This document shows, piece after piece, positions 45,767 through 55,757 of a stretch of DNA of 64,000 nucleotides. Under the pieces are notes generated by a model, which worked only from the letters and a program-made list of their open reading frames with translations, searched no databases and was not told where the DNA came from. A program made the translations under genes and the position numbers. The first letter of the stretch is position 1; each line of letters opens with the position of its first letter. The stretch is from a virus (taxonomy: Duplodnaviria > Caudoviricetes), in IMG/VR virus record IMGVR_UViG_2773858068_000002, positions 113 through 64,112 of that record. One strand, given 5' to 3'.

Positions 45767-47550
45767 TGGCGATGAACGGTAGCTTTGCGGGTGGCCTGGC
45801 GGACGGGCTGCGGAACGGGATGGCGATTGCGCAGGCGTATGACATCTCCAAGGACCGGCAGCGTGCGCGAGAGGAAGCCGACCGGAAGAAACGGGCTGAG
45901 GGAGAAATCGCCGCTGCGATGGCGGGCGGGAATCCGATTCCTGAGGCTCCTGCAGGTTTGGAGCGTATCCAGGTACCCGGATCGGTGGCTGCCGGGCCTG
46001 CGGCGGGTGACGTTGACGGCCTGCAACCTGTACCGATCAATGCCTCGATGATGCCGAATTCTGGCCTGGGGCCGGATCCCAGCACCGTGAATTTGGCCGA
46101 TTTCGCGCCTGGCGCGCAGTGGGGGGCCGGTACCGCCGTTCGCCCTGGAGTCTCGCCGCTATCCGGCGTGTCGGAAAAAAAAAACCCGGTCGCCGGTGAT
46201 TTCCTCGGTGGCGGGGAATTCGGCCAACTCGCGGATGGCCTGACCCGCGCATATCGCAAAGCCTTGGAACTCGGCGAGCCCGGACGCGCTATGGAGCTGC
46301 TGGCCAGCCGCGAGAAGATCGTCGGCCAACATCGGGAGCAGGCATTCGCCGCGGCGCAGGGCCGCTACCAGCTCACGGGCGACCCGAACTCCTTTGTCCC
46401 CTTCGTGAACCGCTTCATGCCGGGTGGCATCGAGGTGAAGTCGATCAATCGGCGTGCCGAGCAGGCCGGCGGCGCACCCCTGTACGACTTTGTGGGCGTG
46501 GACACCGCCACCGGAAAACCTGTCGAGCAGCCCATCAGCGAACACATGCTGCGAAGCTTCGTGCAGAGCATTAGCGATCCGAAGGCCCAACAGGCCATGG
46601 TGGCGCAGCAGGCGAAGCAGCTGTTTGACGCGGAGCAGAAGCGGCGCGAGCTGGTCCTTGCCAGCGACCTCAAGACGCAGGAGGAGCGGAACAAGCCCCG
46701 CCTTGTGGGCAAGGATCAAACGCTGTATGTGCCGGATGGCAAGGGTGGCATGCGCGTCAGCGCTCAGGGAAGCGATGCGAGCAAGCCCAAGACGGTGACG
46801 TCGGACAAGGACTTTGCCAGCTACGTTATGCGATTGAACGGCGTGGAGAGTATGGAGGGGCTGGGCGAGGACCAGCGCAAGCTGGTCAGTGGCGTCATCG
46901 CCACAGGCGAGAACATCAATCGCCTCAACGCCGGAACGCCCGCTGGCGAAGTCCTCACTGCAGGCAACCTCGCCCAGCTGGCCCAGCAGGTGCAGGCCGG
47001 CACCGCGGAGATCATGCCTATCAAGCTGGGTGACCGGCAATTCGGCTTTGGCGTCGAGCATGAGGGCCGGCTGGTCCGCCTGCCGGTGTCGGTTGTCCCC
47101 AAAGAGGTGCAGGACAAGATCCGCGCGCGATTGCAACGTGGGGCGGGAGATGCAGCCCGAAGCGCCACGCCGGCAGCCCCGGGCGCGGCAAGCGCCCAGG
47201 CAGCAGCGGCTGCTCCCGCCGCGACGCCGACTGTCAAGCCTTCAGCGCCGTCGGCGCCGCCGGCAGCCGAAAGCGCCGAGGGCGCGCAGCTTGACGCGGC
47301 GCGCGCGCAACTGCGCCAGGCTCAGGACAAGGTGCGGCAGCTCCAGATCAAGCCCCCCGGGTTGAAGGCCGGGGAACAGGCGCGCGCCAGGCACGCCGAA
47401 TTGCTGGCGCAGGCTGAGCGCGATGTCGAACTGGCCAGGACGGCAGAGCAGGCCGCGGCAGATCGCTGGGCTCGTGCTACCGAAGGAACTGAAATCACTC
47501 GCGCCGCAATGGGGCGCCCCAACGTAGAGGGTACCAATGAACAGCTTTGA
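45766..47550 (+). CDS. Internal virion (DNA ejection) protein
   Basis: MAMNGSFAGGLADGLRNGMAIAQ... Ala/Gln-rich; between pilot and giant gene. Confidence 0.75.
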   Translation: MAMNGSFAGGLADGLRNGMAIAQAYDISKDRQRAREEADRKKRAEGEIAAAMAGGNPIPEAPAGLERIQVPGSVAAGPAAGDVDGLQPVPINASMMPNSGLGPDPSTVNLADFAPGAQWGAGTAVRPGVSPLSGVSEKKNPVAGDFLGGGEFGQLADGLTRAYRKALELGEPGRAMELLASREKIVGQHREQAFAAAQGRYQLTGDPNSFVPFVNRFMPGGIEVKSINRRAEQAGGAPLYDFVGVDTATGKPVEQPISEHMLRSFVQSISDPKAQQAMVAQQAKQLFDAEQKRRELVLASDLKTQEERNKPRLVGKDQTLYVPDGKGGMRVSAQGSDASKPKTVTSDKDFASYVMRLNGVESMEGLGEDQRKLVSGVIATGENINRLNAGTPAGEVLTAGNLAQLAQQVQAGTAEIMPIKLGDRQFGFGVEHEGRLVRLPVSVVPKEVQDKIRARLQRGAGDAARSATPAAPGAASAQAAAAAPAATPTVKPSAPSAPPAAESAEGAQLDAARAQLRQAQDKVRQLQIKPPGLKAGEQARARHAELLAQAERDVELARTAEQAAADRWARATEGTEITRAAMGRPNVEGTNEQL

Positions 47551-50500
47551 AAATCCCGCTGACGGGATCGAGTTCAAAGATGAGGTAGACGCACGCCGAG
47601 ACGTTGTGCGCTCGGACCTTGCCGTGCAGTTTTCCGACGCCAATGCGCCGGCCGGCACCCCGGGTGCTCCAGCGCCGTTTACCTTTCGGGTCGCCGACTT
47701 CGCTCGGGCCCAGCAGGAGGCTGGTGGCATCGAGTTCGTGGACTTTCCCAAGACTCTCGCCGGCGGCGCGATCAAGGGGGCTGGCAGTGCGGTGCGCGGC
47801 GCCGGTAAGGTAGCCGAGGGTCTGGGCCGGGTAGGGGTGACCGCGCTCAATCAGGCCTTCGATGCCGGCCTGGACATCCCGGCGAATCCGCTGGAAGGTG
47901 CGGCGGACGCGACCCACGGCCTGGGCCAGCGTGTCCTGGATTCGCGTACAGAAGAGGCGAAGCGCCGCGAGGCGGACTCGCAGCCGGGCGGCGACATCGA
48001 CAAGCCCGAAACCTGGACGCTGGGCCGCGACCCGTCCGTGTCGGGCCTGGCGCTCCAAGGTCTGAATGCCCTGGGAAGCAGCGCCTTGCCGATTGCGGCT
48101 TCCGCGGCTGCCGGGCCGCTCGGCCTGGGCGCGCGCATGGCCGCTGGGGCCGGGGCTGGTGGCGTCCAAGGCGGTGGGAATGCCATCGAACAGGCGCGCG
48201 AGACCATCGACGAGATGGATGACGTGGATCTGGCGGCGGCGTCCTCCGTTTACCGCGACCTGGTCGCACAAGGTGCCACGCCGGCAGAGGCTCGCGCCCG
48301 CGTGCGCGCTGATGCGGAGAATGCCGCGTTTGTCCGCACGCTGCCAGTATCGGCCGTGGGCGGTGCGGCTACCGGCCGAATTCTCTCGCCGGCGGGGCGC
48401 GTTCTTGGCGGCCGGGGCGTGGCCGCCCAGACTGTCGGGCGCGCCGGCCTGGCGGGCACGGAAGAGGCCGCGCAGGAGGTGGGCGAAGGCTACGCGACGC
48501 AGGCTGGGATCAACACCGGCGCCGGCATGGAACTGGACCCTCTGGCCGGATCGTTCGGCAATGCCGCGCTGGGGTTCGTTGCTGGCATGGGGCCGGGGAC
48601 TATCCATGGCGCGGCTGACGGAATGCGCAGCCGCAGCATGCCGACGGCGCCCAGCCTGGAGGCGGGCGACGTGATGCACGCCAGTGGCAAGCCGTTCGTG
48701 ACGGCCAGCGCCGCGCGCCAACGTGCCGAGGAGCTGGGCGGCGGCGCCCAGGTCATGCGCCACGAAAGCGGATTCATCGTTCGTCCGGGCCGAGAATCGG
48801 AAGTGGCCGCCCAGGCGGAAGGCGCTTCGGAGCAGACACAGGCCTCGCCGACCTATGAGCAGGGCGATTGGGTCGTTTGGGCAGGCGCAAACCGCAATCG
48901 GCCGGTTCGGTTCCTCCAAATGGAACCGGAGGCACGAGCGGATGGGCAACGCTATGCCAAGGTGGAGGTGGACGGAGAGGTGTCGTATGTGCCTGCGGAT
49001 TCATTGGCAAGGCCGGGCGACGCAACTGCCTACGCGCCAGGCGAGCATATCCTTTGGCAGGACCAGGACTTTGACGATGACCCTGTTCGCGTAATGTTCG
49101 TAGGGATGGAGCCAGATGCTGGCCCCGATGGGCGGCAGCAAGCGCGCGTCGTCAACACATTGGGAGATGAGCCCGACGGTGAACCCTATGTCGTGGACGT
49201 TGCCGATCTGGTTAAGCCGCCGCAACCGTCCGAGCAAGCTGCGACGGCGGAGCCAGGTCAGGCCCATGCTAACGACTCGTTCTCGCGCGGCCAGCAGGTC
49301 TACCTGCGTCAGAACGGCCGCGAGCTGCCCGTGGAGTTCATGGGCGTGGAGCGGAACGCCGCGACGGCGCGGCCCGGCGGCGAACCACTGGCCAGGATTC
49401 GGACTGCCGACGGCCGTGGGCGCTTCGTGCGCCTGTCGGAGCTGGCTGCCGATCCTTTGCCCGGCAATGCGCTGCGCCAGGCCTCGGATGGCCCGGCAGC
49501 GATCGAAGGGCCGGAGGCGTTTCCGGTGCTGGAAGCCCCGGCGCGACGTGATGCGCTGCCCGCGCCGGATGGCTACGCCGCCGGCGACGGATTCACGGCG
49601 CGCGATCCCTGGCGCATGCCCGCCAATGCACCGCGCGGGATCCGCAACAACAACCCGGGCAACATCGAAAAGGGCGTGGGTTTCGACGGCGAGATCGACG
49701 GTAACGATCCGCGCTTCGCCACCTTCCGATCGCCCGAGGACGGTATCCGTGGCCTGGCCGTCAATCTTCTGACCTACCAGCGTCGGCATGGTCTGGATAC
49801 CGTGCAGGGCATCATCGGCCGCTGGGCGCCGTCCGATGAGAATGACACCGGCGGTTATGTGGGCGAGGTGAGCCGTGCGCTGGGCGTGCAGGCCGACCAG
49901 CGGCTGGACCTGAGCGACGCCGATACGCTGACCCGGCTGACGGCCGCCATCATCCAGCATGAAAACGGCATGCAGCCATACACCACGGCGCAGATGCAGG
50001 AGGGCATCGATTCCGCGCTCAAGGGCACCCCGGCCCGCGCGGCGCTGCCGGCGCCCATCTACGCGGTCGACGGCGAGGGCGTGGCCGCCACCGCTGGCCA
50101 GCGCGATGCCGAACTGGCGCGCCAGGCCGCCATGGGCATGACGCCGGATGTTGCCGCGGCTGGCCAGCGCCACCCGGGCGCCGCGACGGACGCGGCCGCG
50201 CACGAGGCGGCCACGTCGCCTTCCAACGACCTGCCGGAGCCGACGGACGCTCAGAAGGAGGCCGGCAACTACAAGGTGGGCCGCACGCGCGTGGCGGGCC
50301 TGGACATCTCCATCGAGAACCCGGAGGGGTCGGAACGCCGCGGAACGTCCCCGGATGGAACGGCATGGGCGAACCGCATGGCGGGCCACTACGGATACAT
50401 CCGCCGCACCGAAGGCGCCGACGGCGACCAGGTGGATGTCTTCGTGCGGCCGGGCACCGCGCCGGACTTCAGCGGGCCGGTGTTCGTCATTGATCAGGTC

Positions 50501-53500
50501 AATCCGGGCTCCGGCAAGTTCGACGAGGCGAAGGTCATGCTGGGGTACCCGGACCAGAAGGCAGCGGAGGAGGCCTATCGCGCCAGCTATACGCCCGACT
50601 GGAAGGGCATGGGCCAGGTAACCCGTTTGGACATGCCGGCATTTAAGGAGTGGTTGAGCAATGGCGACACCACCAAGCCGGTAGCCGACTTCAACCTGGG
50701 CACGCTTGCGCCAGACGCGGCCGCGCAGGCACCGGCGGCCAAGGCGCTGCCGAGGACCCGAAGCCCCGCGCGCGCGATTTCCCTGGAGCCCGGTCCCGAT
50801 GGCAAGTTCGCGGTTTCGGTGGAAGCCAAGGAGGTGGGGAGGCTGCCCGCGGAGGGTGGCGTGCTGACTTCTCGGGACCAGGTGGCCAGCGCCTTGGCAT
50901 CGCTGCGCAAGGCTCCGCAGGAGCAGATGGTGGCGCTCTTCACCGACAAGGATGGGCGGCCTATCAGCATTCTGCGCCACACGATTGGAAACAAGAGCAG
51001 CACGGGCATTGTTCACGGTCTGGTTGCCGGCCACGGCGCGCGCCTGAGGGCGGCTGCCAACGTATGGCTGGCTCACAACCACCCCAGTGGCAGTCCGAAT
51101 CTGTCGAAAGCAGACATACAGGCCACTGAGCAATATCTGAAGCTGGCCGACGGCGGCCGCGTAAAGCTGCGCGGCATGCTGGCGATCGGCAACGGAGACT
51201 ATGGCCACTATGACCCCGCGACCGGGGAGCGAGGTACGGGGAAGATTCAGCCCACGCGGCGCGGCAATGAAATTCCGGTCACCGAACGGGTGTTTCGTCA
51301 GCGCGCGACCTTGGCTAAGGCTATCACTCGGCCCGAAGACGCGGCGCAGGTCATGCGCGAGGTGTCGGGCGGGGATGAAGGAATCCTGCTGCTCAATGCG
51401 AAGAATGAGCCCACCGCCTTTGTTCCAATGTCTGCGGCTGAAATGGCCAAGCTGCGCGGGACCGGCGGCCTGGACAAGGCTCTTGCCGGGCTTGAACGCT
51501 CGAATGCGAGCGCGGCGATCCTGAACGTGGCATCCCCTGCGGGTGTTGATGCAGCCCAGAACCTTGGGCGGATGCTGAAGGACGCTGATGTACAGGTGCA
51601 CGACATCATTGCCGACGGACGGTCGATGGCCAGCATGGGCACAGACACGGCTACCACCAAGTCCTTCCAGTCGCGGACATCCAGCCGCGCGCCTGACAGG
51701 GGCACCACGGTGTCGGTCCGAGAAGGGGAGCGAGCTGCCCGCGACTTTATGTCGAAGCTTCCGGGTGCGGCGAGCCTGCGCGTGTCCGTCGTAGAGCGCG
51801 TCGATCAAATCCCGGAAGGAGCAAAGCCTTCCCCCTTGGCGGAAGGGGCCTACTATCCGGCGCGCGATGGCGGCCGCATCTACCTGGTGGCCGAGAACCT
51901 ACCGACGGCGGAGCGCCTGCAGCAGGTCCTGGCGCACGAAGTGGTGGGGCACTTCGGTGTCGAGGCGCTGCTGGGCGATCGATTCCGCGATGTCCTTGCT
52001 GACGTGCGCCGTCTGGCGCGCGCACCGGATGGCGCACACATCCCGCGGAACGCCGGCCCGGAGCATCCGCACTACGCCACGTTCGAGGCCGTCACGATGC
52101 GCTATCCCGATTACTCGGCCGAGAACCGAGCCCGGGAAGTCCTGGCCCGGATGGCGGAGCAAGGGCGCCGCACCATCTTCCTGGAACGGCTCTATGGCAA
52201 GATCCGCGCGGCGCTGCGCCGGCTAGGCCTGAACCTGAAGCTGACCAACGCCGATATCAGGCAGATGGTCGTCGACGCCGGCCGGTTCCTGCAGCGTGCT
52301 CCGGCCGCGCGGGTGCGTGCCGGCATGCAGGAGGCCGCGGCTTCGATGGCGGCCAGCCGCGGGCAGGGCGAGGCGGGCGCTGGCGTGACGGTGCTGACCG
52401 GGCAGGAGCTGGGCGCGCCCGAGCTGGGCGCCAAGGAATTGCGCGACGCCGCGCGGGCGTGGGCCACCGAGAACCTGAAGGGCAAGGACTTCGTGAACCG
52501 CGCTACCGGCTGGCGCGTGCAGGTCAGCCAGAGGGGGATCAAGGAATCGCTGTCGCGCAGCGCGCGGATCAGCAAAATCCAGTCCATGGCGGCGCTGCCC
52601 GGCCTGATCGAGCAGGCGGTCCTGGGACACTCGGAGGTCAACCGGAACAAGCAGCGGGATCCGTTCACCAGCCAGGTGCACACGCTGTATGCGCCGGTGG
52701 AAATTGCCGGCCAGGACTACCTGGCGCGCCTGGTCGTGAAGGAAAGCGCCAACGGGCACCTGTTCTACGATCACGACTTGTCGGACGTGGTGGAAGCAAA
52801 GCGCCCCGACAACTCGTCCGCCGTAAGCACTCCCGCTTCCAAAGCGGGCGCAGATCGGACGCCGTCAGGGCGTAGCCTTACGGTAGAAGAAATTGCGGCA
52901 ATCGTCAACAGCGAGGGCCGCGCGGGGTGGATCTTCGACCCCGGCGCCATGGAGTCGCGCAAGCCCAAGAAAGAAGCCCCGCCCGCCGCGGGGCTTCGCA
53001 CTTCTGGCCCCATGGAATCGCGCGTGCCCGCGGCGACGGCTGGCGCCCCTCCGACGGAACCGGGGACGCCCCGCGAACCGAAGCGCGGTGCCAAGATCGA
53101 ACGCCCGGGCGAGTCCCTGTCGGACATCGAGCGCCGGCAGCGCAATAAATTCCTGGGCAAGATCGGGGCATGGGCGGAGCAGGAGCCCATCAAGGAGCGC
53201 ATGGCGAAGGTGTCGGACCGCTGGCAGGCCAAGCTGGTGCAGGGCATTTTCGACCAGTTCGCGCCGCTCAAGGGCATCAGCGCGACCGCCTACATGCAGG
53301 CGCGCCTGTCCAAGGGCGCGGACGGCGCCGCCGAATACCTGGTGCGCCACGGCGCGGTCAAGCTGCAGGACGGTGCCCTGGATACCGCCGGCGGCAAGGG
53401 CCTCGCCCAGATCCTGGCGGACCTGAACGGCGAGCATGATCATTTCATGGCCTGGATCGCGGCCAACCGGGCGGAGCAGCTGGCCGCGGAATGGCAGGTC

Positions 53501-55696
53501 CGCTATGACAACGGCGTGACCGAGCGATTCGCCAACGAAGCGGCCGCGCGGGCCGAGGCGGAGAAGTGGCCGGGTTCCAAGGCCGAGCCGGCCGGGCGCG
53601 AACGCTTATTCACGCCCGAGGACATTGCCGCCGGGAAGCGGCTGGCCAGCGGCAAGATGGCCGACGGCCGTGACCGCGCCACCGTCTACCGGGAGGCCTT
53701 GGGCCAGTTCAACGAGCTGCAACGGTCGGTGCTGGACGTGGCGCAGGAGGCCGGCTTGGTCGATCCCAGCACGCGGGGCCTGTGGGAGAGCGAGTTCTAC
53801 GTCCCGTTCTATCGCGTGATGGAAGACGACGCCACGGGCACCATGGGGCCGGGCCAGATCGGTGGGCTGGTGGGCCAGCAGGCCTACAAGCGCCTGAAGG
53901 GCGGCACCGACAAGCTGGGCGACCTGGTGGCGAACACCGTTTCCAACTGGTCGCACCTGCTCTCTGCCAGCATGAAGAACCTGGCCGCCCAGGGCGCACT
54001 GAAGGAGGCGGAGAAGCTGGGCATCGCCACTCGCGTGCGCCAGGCCGAGCGCGGTAGCGTCCGGGCCATGGTTGACGGGCATGAGCAGCATTACCTGGTG
54101 AGCGATCCCCTGGTGATGAACGCCCTGACGGCCCTGCACTACGTGGGTTCCAATGACCCGTTCACGAAGGCGGCGCGCAAGTTCAAGCATGCGCTGACCG
54201 TGGGCGTGACGATCAGCCCGACGTTCCGGGTGCGCAACCTGCTGCGCGACACGATCCAGGCCATGGCGATCGACAGCAATCTGTCGACGAATCCGCTGCG
54301 CAACCTGGCGGAAGGCTGGAAGGCGACGGGCTCCGAGAGCGACACGTGGCGCCGGCTCATGGCCGGCGGCGGGGCCGTACGCTTCGGATCCTTCAACGAC
54401 GGCAACGCCCGCAACGTGAAGCGCCTGGTCGACGAACTGGGTGCCCACCCGGACGACGTCATTACGTCGCCGGCCGGCATGGGGCGCGCGCTGCGCAAGG
54501 CGTTCGATTGGTACCAGGAGACGGGCGACCGGTCCGAGACGATCAACCGCGCCGCCATCTACCAGCAGGCCCGCAAGGCCGGGCGCAGCCACCTGGAGGC
54601 CAGCTACGCGGCGCGCGACCTGATGGACTTCACGGCAGGCGGCACATTCTCCGCCATCCGCATGCTGTCGCAGGTGGTGCCGTTCTTTAACGCGCGGCTG
54701 CAGGGCATGTACAAGCTGGGCCGCGGGGCCGCCGCAGATCCGGCCCGCTTCGCCGTCGTGTCTGGCGCCGTGGCGATGGCGTCGGCGCTGCTGTACCTGG
54801 GCATGAAAGACGACGACGACTACAAGCAGCTGCCTGACTGGGCCCGCAATTCGTTCTGGATCACGAAGCTGCCGGGCACCGACCAGTTCGTCTACATCCC
54901 CAAGCCCTTCGAAATCGGAGCCCTGGGTAGTGTGGTGGAGCGCGGCACCGAGCTGGCTTTCGGTGGCGATGACTTCCGCCTGGGCGACTTCGGCCGGACG
55001 GTGGGCGCTATCTTGAGCGAGCAGCTGTCCATGAACCCGGTTCCCCAGCTGGTGAAGCCCGCCATGGAGGCCGCATTCAACTACGACTCCTTCCGAGAGC
55101 GCGACATCGACAGCGTGGGCCAGCAGCGGCTACCTGCCGGCGATCGCTTCACGGCGTCGACCTCCGCCGGCGCGGTGGCGCTGGGCCGGACCTTGGGCGT
55201 CTCGCCCCAGCGTCTGGAACACCTCGCGCGCGGCTACTTCGGGTGGCTCGGAACTCAGGCCCTGAACGTGTCCGACTATCTGGCGCGGCCACTGTCTGGC
55301 CTGCCGGAGAACCCGCGTCGTGACCTGGGGCGCATCGACAACTGGTTCGTGGTCGGCGATTTCGTCAAGGACGCCGACCCGCGCAGCAGCAAGTACATCC
55401 AGCGGTTCTACGACGAGCAGCGGGACGTGAACCAGGTGTATTCGGCGTACTCCCAAGCCCGCGAGCTTGGCGACCTGGAGCGGGCGCGCGCGCTGGCGGG
55501 CGACGATCAGCTGCGCCTGCGCACCTTGTTCAAGGTGGCCGACCGCCAGCTGCGCGACGTGAACACGAAGATCAAGGCCCTGGAACGCTCCGACCTGCCT
55601 GCCGACGAGAAGCGAGCGCAGCTGGACCTGCTGTACCGCGCGCGCAACCGCCTGGCCATGCTGGCCGACGAGCATGCCCGCGCGGCACGCCCCTGA
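47537..55696 (+). CDS. Giant (2719 aa) polyvalent internal virion protein
   Basis: Motifs: PRGIRNNNPGNI muramidase-like; GNYK..GLDISIENP..HYGYI..GADGDQVDVF (PPase-like); HNHPSG..S..D JAB/RadC; HEVVGH zincin; LPD3-like; LPD38-like C-terminus. Confidence 0.9.
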   Translation: MNSFENPADGIEFKDEVDARRDVVRSDLAVQFSDANAPAGTPGAPAPFTFRVADFARAQQEAGGIEFVDFPKTLAGGAIKGAGSAVRGAGKVAEGLGRVGVTALNQAFDAGLDIPANPLEGAADATHGLGQRVLDSRTEEAKRREADSQPGGDIDKPETWTLGRDPSVSGLALQGLNALGSSALPIAASAAAGPLGLGARMAAGAGAGGVQGGGNAIEQARETIDEMDDVDLAAASSVYRDLVAQGATPAEARARVRADAENAAFVRTLPVSAVGGAATGRILSPAGRVLGGRGVAAQTVGRAGLAGTEEAAQEVGEGYATQAGINTGAGMELDPLAGSFGNAALGFVAGMGPGTIHGAADGMRSRSMPTAPSLEAGDVMHASGKPFVTASAARQRAEELGGGAQVMRHESGFIVRPGRESEVAAQAEGASEQTQASPTYEQGDWVVWAGANRNRPVRFLQMEPEARADGQRYAKVEVDGEVSYVPADSLARPGDATAYAPGEHILWQDQDFDDDPVRVMFVGMEPDAGPDGRQQARVVNTLGDEPDGEPYVVDVADLVKPPQPSEQAATAEPGQAHANDSFSRGQQVYLRQNGRELPVEFMGVERNAATARPGGEPLARIRTADGRGRFVRLSELAADPLPGNALRQASDGPAAIEGPEAFPVLEAPARRDALPAPDGYAAGDGFTARDPWRMPANAPRGIRNNNPGNIEKGVGFDGEIDGNDPRFATFRSPEDGIRGLAVNLLTYQRRHGLDTVQGIIGRWAPSDENDTGGYVGEVSRALGVQADQRLDLSDADTLTRLTAAIIQHENGMQPYTTAQMQEGIDSALKGTPARAALPAPIYAVDGEGVAATAGQRDAELARQAAMGMTPDVAAAGQRHPGAATDAAAHEAATSPSNDLPEPTDAQKEAGNYKVGRTRVAGLDISIENPEGSERRGTSPDGTAWANRMAGHYGYIRRTEGADGDQVDVFVRPGTAPDFSGPVFVIDQVNPGSGKFDEAKVMLGYPDQKAAEEAYRASYTPDWKGMGQVTRLDMPAFKEWLSNGDTTKPVADFNLGTLAPDAAAQAPAAKALPRTRSPARAISLEPGPDGKFAVSVEAKEVGRLPAEGGVLTSRDQVASALASLRKAPQEQMVALFTDKDGRPISILRHTIGNKSSTGIVHGLVAGHGARLRAAANVWLAHNHPSGSPNLSKADIQATEQYLKLADGGRVKLRGMLAIGNGDYGHYDPATGERGTGKIQPTRRGNEIPVTERVFRQRATLAKAITRPEDAAQVMREVSGGDEGILLLNAKNEPTAFVPMSAAEMAKLRGTGGLDKALAGLERSNASAAILNVASPAGVDAAQNLGRMLKDADVQVHDIIADGRSMASMGTDTATTKSFQSRTSSRAPDRGTTVSVREGERAARDFMSKLPGAASLRVSVVERVDQIPEGAKPSPLAEGAYYPARDGGRIYLVAENLPTAERLQQVLAHEVVGHFGVEALLGDRFRDVLADVRRLARAPDGAHIPRNAGPEHPHYATFEAVTMRYPDYSAENRAREVLARMAEQGRRTIFLERLYGKIRAALRRLGLNLKLTNADIRQMVVDAGRFLQRAPAARVRAGMQEAAASMAASRGQGEAGAGVTVLTGQELGAPELGAKELRDAARAWATENLKGKDFVNRATGWRVQVSQRGIKESLSRSARISKIQSMAALPGLIEQAVLGHSEVNRNKQRDPFTSQVHTLYAPVEIAGQDYLARLVVKESANGHLFYDHDLSDVVEAKRPDNSSAVSTPASKAGADRTPSGRSLTVEEIAAIVNSEGRAGWIFDPGAMESRKPKKEAPPAAGLRTSGPMESRVPAATAGAPPTEPGTPREPKRGAKIERPGESLSDIERRQRNKFLGKIGAWAEQEPIKERMAKVSDRWQAKLVQGIFDQFAPLKGISATAYMQARLSKGADGAAEYLVRHGAVKLQDGALDTAGGKGLAQILADLNGEHDHFMAWIAANRAEQLAAEWQVRYDNGVTERFANEAAARAEAEKWPGSKAEPAGRERLFTPEDIAAGKRLASGKMADGRDRATVYREALGQFNELQRSVLDVAQEAGLVDPSTRGLWESEFYVPFYRVMEDDATGTMGPGQIGGLVGQQAYKRLKGGTDKLGDLVANTVSNWSHLLSASMKNLAAQGALKEAEKLGIATRVRQAERGSVRAMVDGHEQHYLVSDPLVMNALTALHYVGSNDPFTKAARKFKHALTVGVTISPTFRVRNLLRDTIQAMAIDSNLSTNPLRNLAEGWKATGSESDTWRRLMAGGGAVRFGSFNDGNARNVKRLVDELGAHPDDVITSPAGMGRALRKAFDWYQETGDRSETINRAAIYQQARKAGRSHLEASYAARDLMDFTAGGTFSAIRMLSQVVPFFNARLQGMYKLGRGAAADPARFAVVSGAVAMASALLYLGMKDDDDYKQLPDWARNSFWITKLPGTDQFVYIPKPFEIGALGSVVERGTELAFGGDDFRLGDFGRTVGAILSEQLSMNPVPQLVKPAMEAAFNYDSFRERDIDSVGQQRLPAGDRFTASTSAGAVALGRTLGVSPQRLEHLARGYFGWLGTQALNVSDYLARPLSGLPENPRRDLGRIDNWFVVGDFVKDADPRSSKYIQRFYDEQRDVNQVYSAYSQARELGDLERARALAGDDQLRLRTLFKVADRQLRDVNTKIKALERSDLPADEKRAQLDLLYRARNRLAMLADEHARAARP

Positions 55697-55719
55697 TCTC
55701 CCGCCTGATTTACCCCTTC

Positions 55720-55746
55720 GCGCGCCTTCGGGCGCGCTTTTCTTTT
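55720..55746 (+). terminator. Intrinsic terminator before the endolysin
   Basis: GCGCGCC-TTCG-GGCGCGC followed by TTTTCTTTT. Confidence 0.75.
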
Positions 55747-55757
55747 GAGGAGCAACG

